Source of the DNA: Halocafeteria seosinensis
Taxonomy: Eukaryota
Direction of reading: 5' to 3'
DNA: 54,220 nt
NCBI GenBank assembly: GCA_001687465.1
Contig: LVLI01000088.1
Span: forward strand, 1 to 54,220
Positions 9,201 through 22,945 of the stretch are shown here, piece after piece. The position numbers and the translations under genes were made by a program. Below the pieces are notes generated by a model. That model was not told where the DNA came from. It searched no databases and saw nothing but the letters and a program-made list of their open reading frames with translations. Positions within the stretch are counted from its first letter, which is position 1, and every line of letters starts with the position of its first letter.

Positions 9201-10464
9201 TGAATATGGCGCGCAGCCGTACTCTTCGAACACAGACAGCTCGTATACCAATGGGCGAATATTGCTGTGCACCAACCCTCGTTGCGTATCGACACGGCGC
9301 GCGGCGATGACTGAATCGCAATTCCGAACATTCGTATCATCATTGCGCACTATTGGACGTCCGTCGTGGCGAGAGGCATACCATAATCCCTGGTGGTACT
9401 GCTTCGATTGTTGCCCACCTTTTCCTTCCCGTTTGGAAGCGAGTATAGTTGATATAAGGGCTAAAGACTCAGAACAGAATCCAGCTCTGCTTCTGTATGG
9501 GCAGGGCAAGGGCACAGCCGGCTCTTGGGAAGTATTGAAGACCGTTACTCGCGCTAACGACTCCTTGAGCCGGATGCCTCCCACAGACAGTGTACGACGT
9601 AAACGGGGACCACCCAAAAAGGAGAAACGGTCCAGACCTGCTTCGAAGAAGACTAACAACTCGAATCCAGTGGGGAGGCCGAGGAAAAAGGCGCGGTCTG
9701 TCGAGGGTACTTCACCAACTCCTGAAACAGATTCAGCCCAGTGTTTCCTGTCCCATGTACAGTGCTTCTACCAAGTCGTGGGTAAAACAGAAAACTATGA
9801 AAAACTGCTAGAATATCTTGCAAAGTACCAAAAACACGAGTTCAACGTTAATGTGCTGGTCAAGAAAGTGCGCGATCTCTTAGCAGATGCGCCTACAACC
9901 CTTTTATCGGAATTTAAGAACTTTGTGCCAGAGGAGGCACGTGGTTTAGTTGATGCAGCTGTAGAGGTGAATAAAGCCGAACAGCAAAAGCAAGAGGAGT
10001 ACAACGCAACTGGAATGTCCCGGAGCCGATATGCGGAACGCGAAGAGGACCCTTCGCAATTTGCCGCTCAGTTTCAGCATCAACCACCGCAAAGCATGCC
10101 GGAAGCGCCCGTCTCCTCAGGCTATTGGCACCCCAGCGGGATGACTCCCCACGGTTATCAAGGGTACCAGCCTGTTCCACCTCAGGATGCTTATGCCTAC
10201 TGGAGTGCAACGCCTCAAATGATGCCGCCACCTGAAACAAGCTACATGTATGCAGGAATGCAGCCAGTCCCCCCTGCAAGGTCGCAGCCAATGTATCCTG
10301 TTTGGGGAGGCGGAGGTATGTACCAGCCGTACGCTCCTTGGGGTCCGCAGTATCCAGTAGGGCAAAGTCTCGCTGCACCCCAAGAATCATTCGCCCCGCC
10401 ACCGTATGCGTCGGTGCAGTTCATGCCACCCGAGCATTACATGTATCCTTATGCTCCCTACTGA
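6238..10464 (+). CDS. Multi-exon chromatin regulator: BAH + ELM2 + SANT (MTA/RERE-like) with AT-hook and a Sin3-type PAH domain
   Basis: BAH across exons (VGDPVLI...PYIA, CRWFYR, NEVLLS...ESI) with GT-AG introns 6439-6554 and 6642-6703. ELM2 SRVGDRYQ...EEAALEILMDHNYDV; SANT WTAEEKHLYSVGFNRYGKSFHRI...KTVNDLVWFYY; GRPRKK; PAH AQCFLSHV...YEKLLEYL...LLSEFKNFVP. Confidence 0.8.
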
Positions 10465-10819
10465 TTCTGCCAGTGTCCAGAACTCAGAACCCCCCGCCCC
10501 CGGCGCGAATGTTGCTGAGTGAGTTGACATATCCTGGATAATCTTTGAAGCTATCAATAGGTTAATAGTTTGACGTGACCAAGGCTGGCGCGGCCGATGC
10601 GCGTACGTCGGATGCTTCTGCATATGCTCTAGACTCGGTGAATAGTGCTGAAACAGCCGAACCTCCTGAAATAGGTCGGATGGGAGCGCGGTGGGCCATT
10701 AGATGCTATAAAGCGTAATGCTGCATTCGTGCTGAACAAGCATGCGGCCCCTTGAGACACATAGAATTTCTCAATATACGTAGTAGAGCAACGGCCTCCT
10801 AGTTTACTCTTCACAGTCA

Positions 10820-13800
10820 CTACATGTGCATATCGATGACATTACATTCCATGTATGAGAACGTCATCAATTTTACTGAAGTTCGCCCGTCGATAGTCAC
10901 GCTAGTTGCCGGGTGTAGCACAAATTCCTTACGATCGAGGCAAGGGACCAATCTTGGTAAATAAGGCAGTTCTAAGTTGCGGGTCTCGTTGCCGGTGGGC
11001 AATGGGGCAACAGACGAAGGCAGCGAAGAGGCACAAAAATCTGCGGGAACAAGGATGTTAAAACCACCCAGAGCAAACGTTAGCCCAACATAACATACCT
11101 AAGCGTTCGACGGTTCCAGAGGAAGTATCGGCAACGACAAGATGCTCCCCATCTGAGGTAAAGGACCAAATCAAGCGTCTTCCGGACTCCACATTGCGAG
11201 GGCGTGTCGTATCAGTTTCCTCCGCCTCATTTTCCTCTGCATTGTTGGCGATGTGTTCATCACTTCGTCCTGCCAAACGGCCGGGGAAGAAGATATTCGA
11301 ACATCGACCGCTAACAGGATGTAGTCGAAGCGATGTCTTGTCATTCATACAGACAACTATATCATCTTCATTCATGACTAGGAGGCGGTTGACTGCACAG
11401 AAACCCGGAAACGCTTCCTTTAGATAGTGGTCCAAGAACGCTGACAATGACGGAGCGGTTCGTTGACTGCAGCCCCAACTCAAAGTGTCGGAGTGCCAAC
11501 TAACGGCAACCCCTAAGCAGCTCAAAAGCACTTGGGGTATATTTAGCCTGTACCTAACATAAGGAACTCTTGCTGTAGGGTCACCTAAACCAGGAGACTC
11601 CATCCGCTGAGAGTCAAAACACTGCGGAGCACCAAGTTAGCACGTAATAAAGCGACTATGGTGACGAACGTTGGGTCCACAAACTTACGAGGATTGTTCC
11701 ATTTCGCAAGCCGACCCAAAGGTAGGATATGCCTTCTGGGGTAAAATAAATGCTAGCAGTTGTGACAACTCTGTTTTCCGTATGATCCAATCGTTCAAGA
11801 CTGGTTTCTAACTGAGTCTTAGCAGGGAATGCGCTGGTCCCAGCAGATAACGAGGCCGTACCTCCTCTGGGATCCACCCGTGTGGAGAAACGGGCAGCGA
11901 GAATGTCATTCGAGGGATGCGATTGGCAAGAAGAACTGAAATCGCTTTTGGAGAAGAGAGTCTGAAAAAGCGAGGAGTTTCTGCGCACTTGTGTCCCAAC
12001 GGGGTCATCCTCTTCCCGCACTGGGTCATCCTTTTCCCCCACTGTGGGCGTTCCGTCTTCGCCTTGTGGGTCACACGTGAACGATCCGTAAAATGGACTC
12101 TTCTGGTCCACATGGAAGATGGACGCGGCAAAATTGGAAGGTAGTATTCGCCAAGTCGGACGGATAATCTGAAACGATGAAGGGGAACGTAAGTTCAGCT
12201 TCCAATATAGCACTTGGTTTGGAGCCACGGCAAGCGTCCCATAAATGGCGCTCGGGACCTTTTCATCGAACTTGCAAATAGCTGATATCGATCTCACGGT
12301 TTCGTTCTTTATCCTTTTCGAGTTCAACGACTGTTCCAACTCATGGCTCACTCGATCCCAAGTGGATCGGATGCAGCCTCTTGACATGACCGTCTTGAAG
12401 TCAGTTTCTACGTGGCCTGGTAACTTCTTGAAGAAAATGGAAGCAATCGGCTGAATCTCCCTTCTATTGGCTTCCAGTTCCACTTCAAACACTGTGCCCC
12501 CAAATCCTGGAGCATATTGCCCGCACGCCCATAACAAGCTCTTCCCACCTGTTGTCAACCACTGAATATTCTTTACGGGTCCTATCCTAGAGGCCAAGGG
12601 CGCAGGGCATAGTGACGCGACAGTAGACATAACTGGTATACTGCGGTTGTACCCACTAGGCGAACTTCCCGGAGACCAATCCAGTATGCCTATGCGTCCA
12701 CCAGCGAGTCCCGCACAGGCAACGGGGTATTTCGGATGAATTTCTACTTCATGAATTGCTTTCTGACTTCCTAATTCCGCTGGCGCTAGTTGATTCCATG
12801 AGGCTCCCAACACATCGATAATGGACGCAGAAGAAAGTGAAATTTGGGAATCTCGCGTTTGGTACAACTTGCGGAAGTAGGCGGTGTGCAAGTCTTTGTT
12901 ACGCTGTGGAGCGTACCCCAGTCTGGTCTGCCATAGAAGCTCGGTAATACTTTGATCGCGGACAAGTTGCGGTCCATAATACTTCTGCAAAGTGTTTGTT
13001 TGTAGAAGAGGATCTTCTGGCTCCTTCACGCGACCCTGTTTGCTGCCTTTCATCAACCAACCGGCGAGACTGTTTCTCGTAGCTGTTCCCGGAGCTGATT
13101 CCGGCGGCTCATGATCCTCACTGCCTCCTCCGGTTTCTTCAGACACTATATCGTCTTCATCAGAACTACTTTCGGTACTGATTATGCGTCCAATCGCACT
13201 TTGTCGTGGACGAATCCGTTTAGCTCGAGTATCGATTCCCTCGGAGTCTTCCCGAGAAGTCGTAACCGGCCTTTCTTCCCTGTCTTCGTTACTACTTCCA
13301 CTCATATTTTTCACGAATTGGAACAACTTTCCCTGCGCTCCACCAGCTGGTGGTTTTTGCTTCGCGGGCGGAAATACGACAATGTCTTCGTTCTCTTCGT
13401 CGCTATCATCCATCACAAATCTTTTCCTCCGGCGACGATTATTTCTTCCGCGCGTGGTTGCGGTACCGACGACAACATCGTCGTCGTCATCTTCTTCCTG
13501 CTCCTTCTTCTCATCGTCGATCTCTACCACTTCCATTCCAGCTTCGCCATAGTTCCCTCCAGGGGGCCGTGACTGAGAATTCAAATGCTTTTCCGGTTCC
13601 AATGCAGGTTTACTGTTAGTTTTCGGCGCCCCTTCTTCCTGTGATTGTGCACTGATATTAGACTGTGGTAAAGCGCCGTGGACCTCATTATGGGCATGGG
13701 AAGAGCGAGATACAGGGTGCAATAATTGAGATTTCAAATTGTACCGGGGAATGCCTTTATTCACTCCAAATGAGGCCATGGACGACGATTTCCGCCTCCG

Positions 13801-13827
13801 TTTTCCACCACCGACTACCTTATACAT
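10820..13827 (-). CDS. Hypothetical protein with disordered N-terminus and WD40/beta-propeller-like C-terminal region (3 exons)
   Basis: 723-aa ORF plus downstream exons joined by GT-AG introns. Blade-like strings IHEVEIHPKYPVACAGLAGGRIGILDW, LWVGLRNGTI and WSFTSDGEHLVVAD. Confidence 0.65.
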
Positions 13828-14060
13828 CTCTTTATAATATTAGCTAAAGTCAAGTAATGGACAAGATATACAGAATACGGCATTGTAGAGTGGACTGAGA
13901 TGGATAAGCGTTAAAAAAACCAACTTCAACTTGAGGAGGCCATGAACTTCGGGCTCCGAAAAGAGGTGTATACGGTACAGTATTGTTCCTGAACCCGGCA
14001 TGCTGCCATTCTCCATTGAATAGACTATTGCATGAGCATGTGGTAGTTGGGAATTGCGTC

Positions 14061-17000
14061 ATGAGTGAGGAACGAAAAGGGGGCAAAAAGAAGAGGATCC
14101 TCCCGGGGCCGATATCGGCTGATTTTGATGAAAATGCAGTTGTTTTGCATTATACAGTCGAATCGTACCCGGAGGATGGTGGTGCTCCTTTGCGCAAAGC
14201 GCAGACGAAAAAGGTGCGCATGAAAACCTTGGATGAGGACTCGAATATAAGCGATTTGGCGGACCAAATTACGGACCGATGTGAGAAGTATTTGCCCGAA
14301 GACACGAATGAAGCTCGAGAGCTCATTTACAAGCAATTACAGACACTTCAACTAGCGTCGATGCAGCAGCAAAGTGCCTTCTACAGGGAGCGGAAAGCCA
14401 AGCAGGAACGGGAGCGGAAGCACTCGGAAGCGAAAGAGGAGGAAAAGGAGCAGGAAGGCAAAGAGCAGGAGGTAGACACTCTGTCATCGAACTTGCGACA
14501 GCGAAATCATTCTGAAAGTGCTCGAGTGGAAGAACCTGAGGGGAAGGATGCCGAGGAGGGAGAGAAGAAAGAGGAGTACCATGAGCAAGAACAGAACGAG
14601 GAAGAACCTAGCATTACAGAAAAAGACAGAAAGAAAGAAATGAAGCTGTTTGAAAAGAAATGGGAAGAGGAAGTGAAAGAGCGTGGTGAAAAGCGAAAAG
14701 AAGCGGCACAGCAAGCGAATATTCATCATCTGGAAGATGTAAGCTTCTTATTCTTTGTTACAACGTAATCTCATAAGTGAGCAACTTCGTATTAGTTGCT
14801 TTACTTGTTTGTTTTTGTCAACCAGTACATGGAGCAGCTGTACGACGAATCGACTGAAGGAAAGCGCGAAGGCGCTCTTCGAATCTTAGAGCTGGTGCGC
14901 GAACCAAAACATATGGAGGCAATTTTGGAAAATGGTATGTTGCATGTGCCTTGAGTGCAAGCAATTTTTCGACGCCACCTGAGGCTAAATAAAATGGGGT
15001 TACAGATGCACTGCTAGGTGCTTTGGCGCGGGTAATAAGGGATGACTTCCGGAAGAACGTGGAGTTGACCACCGTCTTGATGCAAATCTTCTATTGGTAC
15101 GTTGCTTGTTGGAAGGAAATTGCGTTGTTCTCACGACGGCATGCAAATCCGGTTTCTCTCGTTGCTACGCTTCGGCAGCATGTCGCACTTCAAGCAGTTG
15201 CACCAATTTTTGATTCATTACGAAATTGGGGACATAGCGTTAAAAGTGGCAGAATTGGAGCATAAAAGGCATGAAGCACGGCTCGTGGATCTTAAGAGGC
15301 TAACAAAGTTATATCAGGCTCAAAGCAGAGGAGATCATCACACTGAAGAACTCCTGCGGAGAGAGGATGAGTATGTCATTTTTCTCGTCCATTAGTTTTG
15401 GTGCGTCAAATAACCTATTTCATGTATGTTTGCCCAGAGAAATCAAGAAATACGCTTTAGAGGCCAAGAATAAGAAAAAGCGAAATCAGAAGAAGAAGGG
15501 CAAGAAAACGAGGACGGATAATGAAGAAAATGAAAGTCCTTCAGAAGAAGATAACGAAGAAGAGGCCAAAGACGAAGAAGCAGAGGCAGAAGCTGAGAAT
15601 CAAAGAGGAAGACAGAAGAAATCGAAGAGCTTCAAAAGTAACTCCAAAACGTCGGCAGAAGACCAGCCCTTGTCTTCGCTTGATGTAGCCAAACCGGGAA
15701 CGGCTGCTGCTGTCACAGGGATAAATAGCGTTGCGAAACTCGCAGAGATGAAGCTAAGGGCGCTACCGGAAGGCACCGTGGATATCATTAAAGAAAGGGT
15801 ACGGTTTCGACTGCTCATGCGCCGACAAGAGAGTCTGTTGTTTGTCACGTTTCATGTGCTGCTGAATCTCGCGGAGGATTTGGCTTTGGAAAAGAAGATG
15901 TGCAATAAAGGCCTAGTGGAATTTCTTTCCGCTTTACTCGATCGTCCGAATGCTGACTTATTGATGTTAGCAACAACCTTCCTCAGGAAGCTTTCACTAT
16001 TTGCTGAAAACAAGGACCGAATGGCTAACCACAGGGTTGTGCAACGGTGCTCTAAGTTACTTGTTTTGCCGGAGGCGCAGGAAATTCTCATTCAATCTGC
16101 ATTGAAACTTCTACTTAACCTGTCGTTCGATCGAACACTGGTGTTGCAAATGATTCATCATGGAGTAGTTTCCTCATGCTCTTCGTTGTTGAAACAATCA
16201 TCATATAGGGCTCCGACGCTGAAACTGTGGTACAATATGTCGGCTACGGAGGCTGGTCGCCGTGCCTTGTCGACAGTAAGATCTGCCGTTACCATTGTCC
16301 AGAAGCTTGTTACAAACTTTCCCCAAGAGACCCTGCCAGATGAGCTAATTTCTCTCTTTATAAATTTGTGCGTTCACAACGCTTCTGCGCAGCTTTTGGT
16401 ATCAGCAAGTGCCCCTAAGAGTCTTATCCAACGGGTTTCCAAATTTTCAGACTCGCTGCTGATGAAAGGAGTTAAACATCTTGCTTCGTACACATTTGAG
16501 CAGCAATGTCAAGGCATCAAACGTGTTGATGAAGATAAGGGTATGCTGAAACGTTTAGAGAAAGAGCTAGAAGAAGATCCAGAAAATGCTCAGCAGAAAC
16601 AGAGAATAAATGAAGTTGATGTTCGTATTAGACGACGAAAGCTTAAGGCCTTACAGAGGAAAGGGCAAGATGAGAAACATATCGACGAAGAGTCGTTGAA
16701 TTCTATGGAACTGAACATATGGGAAGAATTCGAATATGATGCAGAAGGCGTCTGGTCTCAAGTGTTTCGTAGTCTCCTGAAACTGTTACGAAACGATTCT
16801 CCGGACATGATGGTTGAAGTGGTTGGAACGCTGGCGAGACTCACACCCCGGGACTTGCCTGACAACGTGACACTGAAGGAGGTTCTTTCTAATCCCGGAA
16901 TGGTTTCACTGATCAATCGAAACTTATCATCTCACTCAGATGACGATTTGATGCTAGAGACTATACTACTCGTTCAAAACTTTTCGTTGGAAGCGGACTG

Positions 17001-17871
17001 TGCAAGCCTTCTGGTGGAGAGCGAAGCAATACATTGCTTCGAAGATCTTTTACTAGAAAAGGCCGTTGATACAGAAATTGTAACCCAAATTGCTGAGACT
17101 GTGTTCCGAATGCTTCATCATGCTGAAACTCGCCGGGTTGCGATGTATCAAACAGCCACTGTAGAAAGACTAATCGAATTCGCGCTTCATAAAAATCATA
17201 CCGTTGCTGCCGTGGTGGATAAGTGCTTGGAAATAGTCGTCGATTATGATAGGAATTCGCCCAATGAGGAAGGAACGAAGAGCCGGCCGGCGGGAAGCCT
17301 GTGGAGGAGTGCCCAATCGAAGCGTTTTCAGTCTCATAATCGCGAGTGGTGTGCCGCGATTGCTGGCAATTTCGCTTCATTTGGAGTCAGTGATAAGATG
17401 GCCAAGTATGCGAATCAGGCTAACCGACAATATCGCGATAGGAACAATCTGGATGCCGATTATGGAGAAACAAGCGAGGATTCGATGTATGAGAGCACAC
17501 GAAGTTCTTCCCTGGGGCACATGGCAAAAGGTGAAGCTGTGCAGGTAGCTGATATTAGGAAATGGGCGAATGAAATGGCCGTTCAGGACGATGAGTACTT
17601 AGAGAAAGAATACTATAGGCGTGAGGGTGTCGACGAGCTCAGCAATGACGATGAGGACTCCTTCGGTTATCCACGCTCTAAGCGAGGCAGTATTGGCCCG
17701 GATAGATGGAAAGGTGAAGACGATTACGATGATGGCGACTTGACGACTTTCCGTGAGGAAGCACCCCCGTTTTGGGATGAGATGGCTGGCGGGGCATACG
17801 CCACGACGTCCACACGGCGTGCTTACGGAGTTACGTCGACAAGTGATGACGGCATGGAGAGTAAGTATTAA
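14061..17871 (+). CDS. KIFAP3: Kinesin-associated protein 3 (kinesin-2 accessory subunit, intraflagellar transport), multi-exon
   Basis: KAP-type N-terminus KKKRILPG..AVVLHYTVE; YMEQLYD; ALARVIRDDFRKNVELTT; armadillo region QESLLFVTFHVLLNLAED...LRKLSLFAENK; C-terminal RFQSHNREW. Confidence 0.9.
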
Positions 17872-17895
17872 CTGTGACTTCTGCAGTTGAGCGCG

Positions 17896-19276
17896 CTACA
17901 AGACAGTATCGGGGGTAAGATTTAAAAACAGTATTTTTAATAAACAAGAGAATAAGTCTCGCGGGCGATACGTGTGGATAGTACGTTCAGCGGTAGCTCC
18001 TGCTTTTTCATTCCCTTTCCATCGGATGTGGCTCCGGGGATTATTCCCACCCTTATCTGAGGTGGTTCGATTCTCGGCTTTTATCGAACGAACAAAGAAG
18101 TGACTCGAAGGGACGTTTAAAGCATGTGCAAGTTCTTCTCTTAAATCATTAGCATAGCGCTCGAACGAATCCACAGACAACGTTATCTTCGCAGAGTGAT
18201 CTGTATCAATGGAAAGCGTTACTTGGTTGTACAGCTATGAGCGTGGCATTCTCGCTATGTGGTTGGTTTATCCATGGAGTAACCCTCTTTGGTTACTTCG
18301 ATGGTAGTCCCCGAAGCAGCTTTATAGCAGCCTAGCTAGCGATACTGATAAGTCAGTGATAACCTCCCCCGCAAGGCACGCTACAGTTTCCCTGTCCGCC
18401 TTGGTTCCTGGAACTTCCTGCAGTACACCAGTCGCGTCTGCACGCTCCCTCCACCAGGTTCCGAGCATTTGGATCAGGATGTAGGCACCCAGTCACATTT
18501 TCCTTTGTCACATTACTCCTCTGTCGCAGGTTTGACCGTGTTTATTAGTATTGCTCCTACCGGAAGACGTGCATGCTACAGTCTACGCTACGTCGTGTGA
18601 AGGGTAAACCCTACCCGCGACCGCTCCAACATCTTCACGCTGTGGCGCATCAACGTGACTGACAGTTTTGACCCCGGATGAGAAAAACTCATCGGGGAGT
18701 TCTTGACCTCTACGAATATCTGCGCACCATACATCTCAAGTACATTTGCCTACCCCACAATCAACAGAACACTCGGAGAACTCCATCCACTTGGACAGTT
18801 TCCCGAGGACTCCGCATCCATCACGTCCATGTACACATGGAACGTTGCACTGGGGGACTATGACGAGGAACCGCCGAAAAGCGACTATATTTGTGCAGTG
18901 ATTGAAGTTGGACTTGTTCAATGAGAAAGGTGAACGTTGTAGCATGCTTGGTTAGGGTTTGTACGTAGAGGCTATCTGCATGAACGGTTGTACAGCAGTA
19001 CATGTGTATAGCGTATACAGTAGTACCAGTGAAAATGGGTTTCCAACATACTCCTTCTTATCAGCGGCAGACAATGCCAGACCGACATCAATTCTCCCAC
19101 CACGGCCTTCCCCACTTGCCGTGCTCGCAGTAGCTACACTCCCATACCGGTAATGGAGTGTCCCATTGCTGGAACTGAACTTCCTGAATCAAGATGAGTT
19201 CCGGGTGAGAAGTTTGTTGGCCTACCATTTTGTTTGGGCTATGACCAGGACGTAATGCTAAACCAGGAAGGTTCAT
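17896..19276 (-). pseudogene. Decayed thrombospondin type-1 (TSP1) repeat-containing gene
   Basis: Minus-strand fragments LSKWMEFSECSVDCGVGKCT*DVWC, CDWVPTS*SKCSEPGGGSVQTRLVYC and GNCSVPCGGG. In-frame TGA at 18736-18738 and 18474-18476 at conserved R/W positions, plus frameshifts. Boundaries are approximate. Confidence 0.65.
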
Positions 19277-19466
19277 GGAGTCTAAGACTTCACAGAGTCC
19301 TAAACAGCCTTTCTGTCATCATGAGACTCTAATGAACTTGTACAACTTAAGATGTGGGAGTCAGTGTGTGCAAGTTGAAGTTGGACACTTGTGGGGACTA
19401 TAAAGCCGCATATACAGTGTATATGGCCTGTTTGTTTGATGGAATACATTCATTGATCTCTATATA

Positions 19467-22400
19467 ATGACGACGAACGGTATGGGTGCTTCGCCTACCC
19501 TCGAGGAGGCTCTGCGGCTGTCATTGGAGCCCAACAATGCCAGTCGCATTCAGGCGGAGCAGGCTGTCAAGCAGTGGATGAAGGACTCTAATGCTTCATT
19601 CACGCTCGTTCAGATCATTCAAAGCTCTCCTCACGAAAGTGCACGGCATTTAGCAGCTCTGCTGCTCCGGAGAAAGGTCAATTCCATCTGGAAACGCTTG
19701 GATGAGGCGCATCAACGTGAACTGAAACAGGTAATCTCAGGCTATTATGCTCCTCTACAATGGAATTTTTGACGAACTTCCCTCAACAACACGTGTGTCA
19801 TACAGATTGTGATCAACAGAATGACGGAAGAGCCGTCCCGAGGCGTCCGAAGAGGACTAGTCGGCGTAGCGTGCAGTCTGGCCAAACACCAAATACCCTC
19901 CAACAACTGGCCCGAATTATGGCAGGTACGTATGTCTGACGCAATGCTTGAAACCAATCATAATTTGCACTACGCTTTGCGCCGGTGGTGCTTGATGGTG
20001 CAGTTTCTTGGGACTTGCACACAGCACACCAATTCCGAAGCTCGGGAGATGGGCTTCTTCCTGTTGAGTGAACTGGGACTTACCATCTTGGACTCGTTGG
20101 TGGACCAATACGAAAGCATACTTCCTGTATTTGTGAACGGCATGCAAGATTCAGATTCGTCTGTTCGGACTCTAGCTTTGCGGGGTTTCTCCATCTTTGC
20201 AGCTGGGCTGCTCCAGTCCGAAGCTATTGACAAACTGGCGGATACCATCCCTGTGGTTATGTCTTGTCTGGACGATTGTTTAGGGCAAGGAGAAGAACAA
20301 GTTGCAGTAGATGCCTTGGATACTTTGAGCGAACTCGTCATCATTGACGTGAAACTAGTAGAACGGCATTTGCAAAGGATATGTAAAACTCTCACAGATT
20401 GCATATCGAGTGATGAAATCATGCCACCGCCAAAAGTCTCCGCTTCGGAAGTTCTGAAGACGTTGATTGAGCAATATCCGAAAAAACTCGCCAAATCAGG
20501 TTATATCACACAGTTGATTCCCCTACTCATGAGTATCGCGGCAAAGAATAGTACCGATCCAAACTTAGAAGCTGAACTTCCAGGGGAGTATCTTGGCGGT
20601 ATTCACCACGGTAATACCAAGCCAGCGGACGAGGATGAAGATGAGGAAGATGAGAATGTAAAAATTGTGAGCCTATGTGGGCGCTTAATTGATACGATTG
20701 CCCTGAACTGTAGCCCGAAGAAAGTATGGAATTGTGTTTCCGCCACATGTTCGGCGTGTCTTGGAAGCCAGGATTGGCGGCAACGGAAAGCTGCTTTGAT
20801 GGCGCTGGCCATGGTAGCTGAAGGATGCAGGGAGTCGTTGCTCGAGCATTTGGAGCAGCCTCTCCAGTACATATGCCACGGAACTCAGGATAGCGTCCCG
20901 GCTGTGAGGGAGGCTTCTTTCTGGGCGTTGGGACAGTTTGCCGAACAACTAATGCCTCATATTGCTTACCATCACGAGACTATGCTTCCTCCACTATTAT
21001 ACGGAGTCCGGGACGGCAGCCAACGTGTTGCTGAGAGAGCAATGTTTGCCCTCGAGGCGTACTCGGAAAACCTAGAGCAAGACGTTATATGTAAACATAT
21101 GCGACAGATACTTCAAACGCTCTATGCGGCGCTCAATACTCCGAAGGCGAGCTCCATGCAAGCGTACGCTATTTCAGCTCTAGCATCTGTCGCCATTGCG
21201 GCCAAGGAAGATTTCCAGCCGTATTTTCACCATGTTCTTCCTAGGATCATTGAATATATACAGGATACGGATGAGGCTAATAGTTCTCTACGTGCAAAAG
21301 CGATTGACTGCCTAGGCCATGTTTGCGCTGCCGTGGGAAAAGAATACTTTGATACGATAAAAAACCAGGGCTACGATATCCTTGCGTTGGTTAGTCAGGC
21401 GTCTTCAGCTGAAGATTTGGAGGTCCAAGAGTCGGTATTTTCGTTCTTTGGCCAGATTGCCTCAGTTCTGAAAGCTGATTTTGCCCCGGTCATGCACAAA
21501 CTGTTTGATTCTTTAGCAGAAACTGCAAATTCCTCTGATGGCATCGAAACCTCTTCGAGGTTCATGAGAGAGAACGATGACGATTTCACGAATAAGTTCT
21601 TGGACAGGGATGACGATGATGATCTTGATGACGGCAACCATGTTCTGACAAGTTTCCATGCACACTCTGACGTTTTGGATCTCAAAGAAACAGCCGTTGC
21701 AACACTTGGGATGTGTGCCCATCATTTGGGAGCTGCATTTCAGCCCTGGGCTGAGAAAACGTACAACATGCTTATGGAGAACCATCTCTCTCACCATCAT
21801 GAACCAATTCGGCAGCATGCTGTAACTTCCCTCCAGTACGTCATAGAAAGCATTTACTACAACGAATGTACTGACACGCTGAGCGACGGATTCAAGCAGC
21901 TCAGAGACAATACTTTAACGGAGTTTGTCATGATTCTGAAAAGCGAAGAAGACTTGGAGGTGTGCGGGAGAGTCTGTGATGCCTTGCGATTCCTTTGTAC
22001 TATTTCGAACGGTGTGATCGTTGAATCTCATGTAAAAGCTATTATGGAACAACTCCGCACAATGCTCGACGGAGAAGCGATGTGCCAACAGGATGCGGAT
22101 GACGAAGATAGTGAGGATGAAGAGGGAGGGCAAAAGAGTCAAGCTCAGGTGCTCATCGATAGTGTAATTGAACTCATCGCGGGATTCGCCAAGACATTTG
22201 GCCGCTATCTCGATGAAATGTTTGCGACATTGTTTCCTTCTTTAGTCGAGTATACAAAAAGGAAAAACTCAGCGCTTGATAGGGCGATGGTAATTGGACT
22301 TTTTGCTGAAGTTCTCGGCTATTTTGGTGGAGATGTCTTTGCTAACCGTTATCAGTCAGCACTACAAATAATTATGGATGGACTATCCGACGAATCACCG

Positions 22401-22937
22401 CTGGTAACAAGGAATTCTCTATTCGGAATCGGCCAAACTGCGCAAGAATGCCCACAAGTGGCCAAAGACTTGATTCCCAAATACCTTCCCATCATAGCAG
22501 GTTTTACAGATCCAGAGAAAATATCGGACAGAGCGGTTCTTGAGAACGCTGCTGGCGCGATTGGAAGATTCATTCACAAATTCTGGGATAGCGGACTAGT
22601 TGATGTTTCACATTACTTGCCTTGTCTTCTTCGTGTGCTTCCTGTCGAAGACGATTTTCAGGAGAATGAAACGATTTATAGCACATTGCTTTTGATTCTA
22701 GAGAAACAGCCAGCACTAGTGGACCCTTATGCGGATAAATTCGTTGCAGTTTTGCACCACGATTTATCAAGAGACAACAAAAAGGAAAGTCTTAGCATAG
22801 AAACCAAACGAAGATTCGCGCATCTGCTTCAAAGCGGCAATCTACCAAGTCTCGTCAAGGCTATCCAGAACCTGCCAGCTGCTGAGCAAAAGGAATTAGC
22901 AGCCCAATTACAAGCCAATGCGGCGGAAGTCCGCTAA
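19467..22937 (+). CDS. IPO4: Importin-4 / Kap123-like karyopherin beta (HEAT repeats)
   Basis: IBN_N-like start (RIQAEQ...RHLAALLLRRK), WPEL, WRQRKAALMALAMVAEGC, VREASFWALGQFAEQL, acidic loops, DRAMVIGLFAEV, ENAAGAIGR, LPVEDDFQE; two short introns near the 5' end. Confidence 0.85.
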
Positions 22938-22945
22938 GGTGTTGA

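Noticed and set aside
12002..12043. 21-bp imperfect tandem duplication
   Set aside because: An in-frame coding microduplication (VGEKDDP/VREEDDP); unremarkable.
18474..18738. UGA recoding (Trp or selenocysteine) in the TSP1 gene
   Set aside because: The TGAs replace both W and R, coexist with frameshifts, and TGA terminates intact genes here (e.g. 10462-10464).
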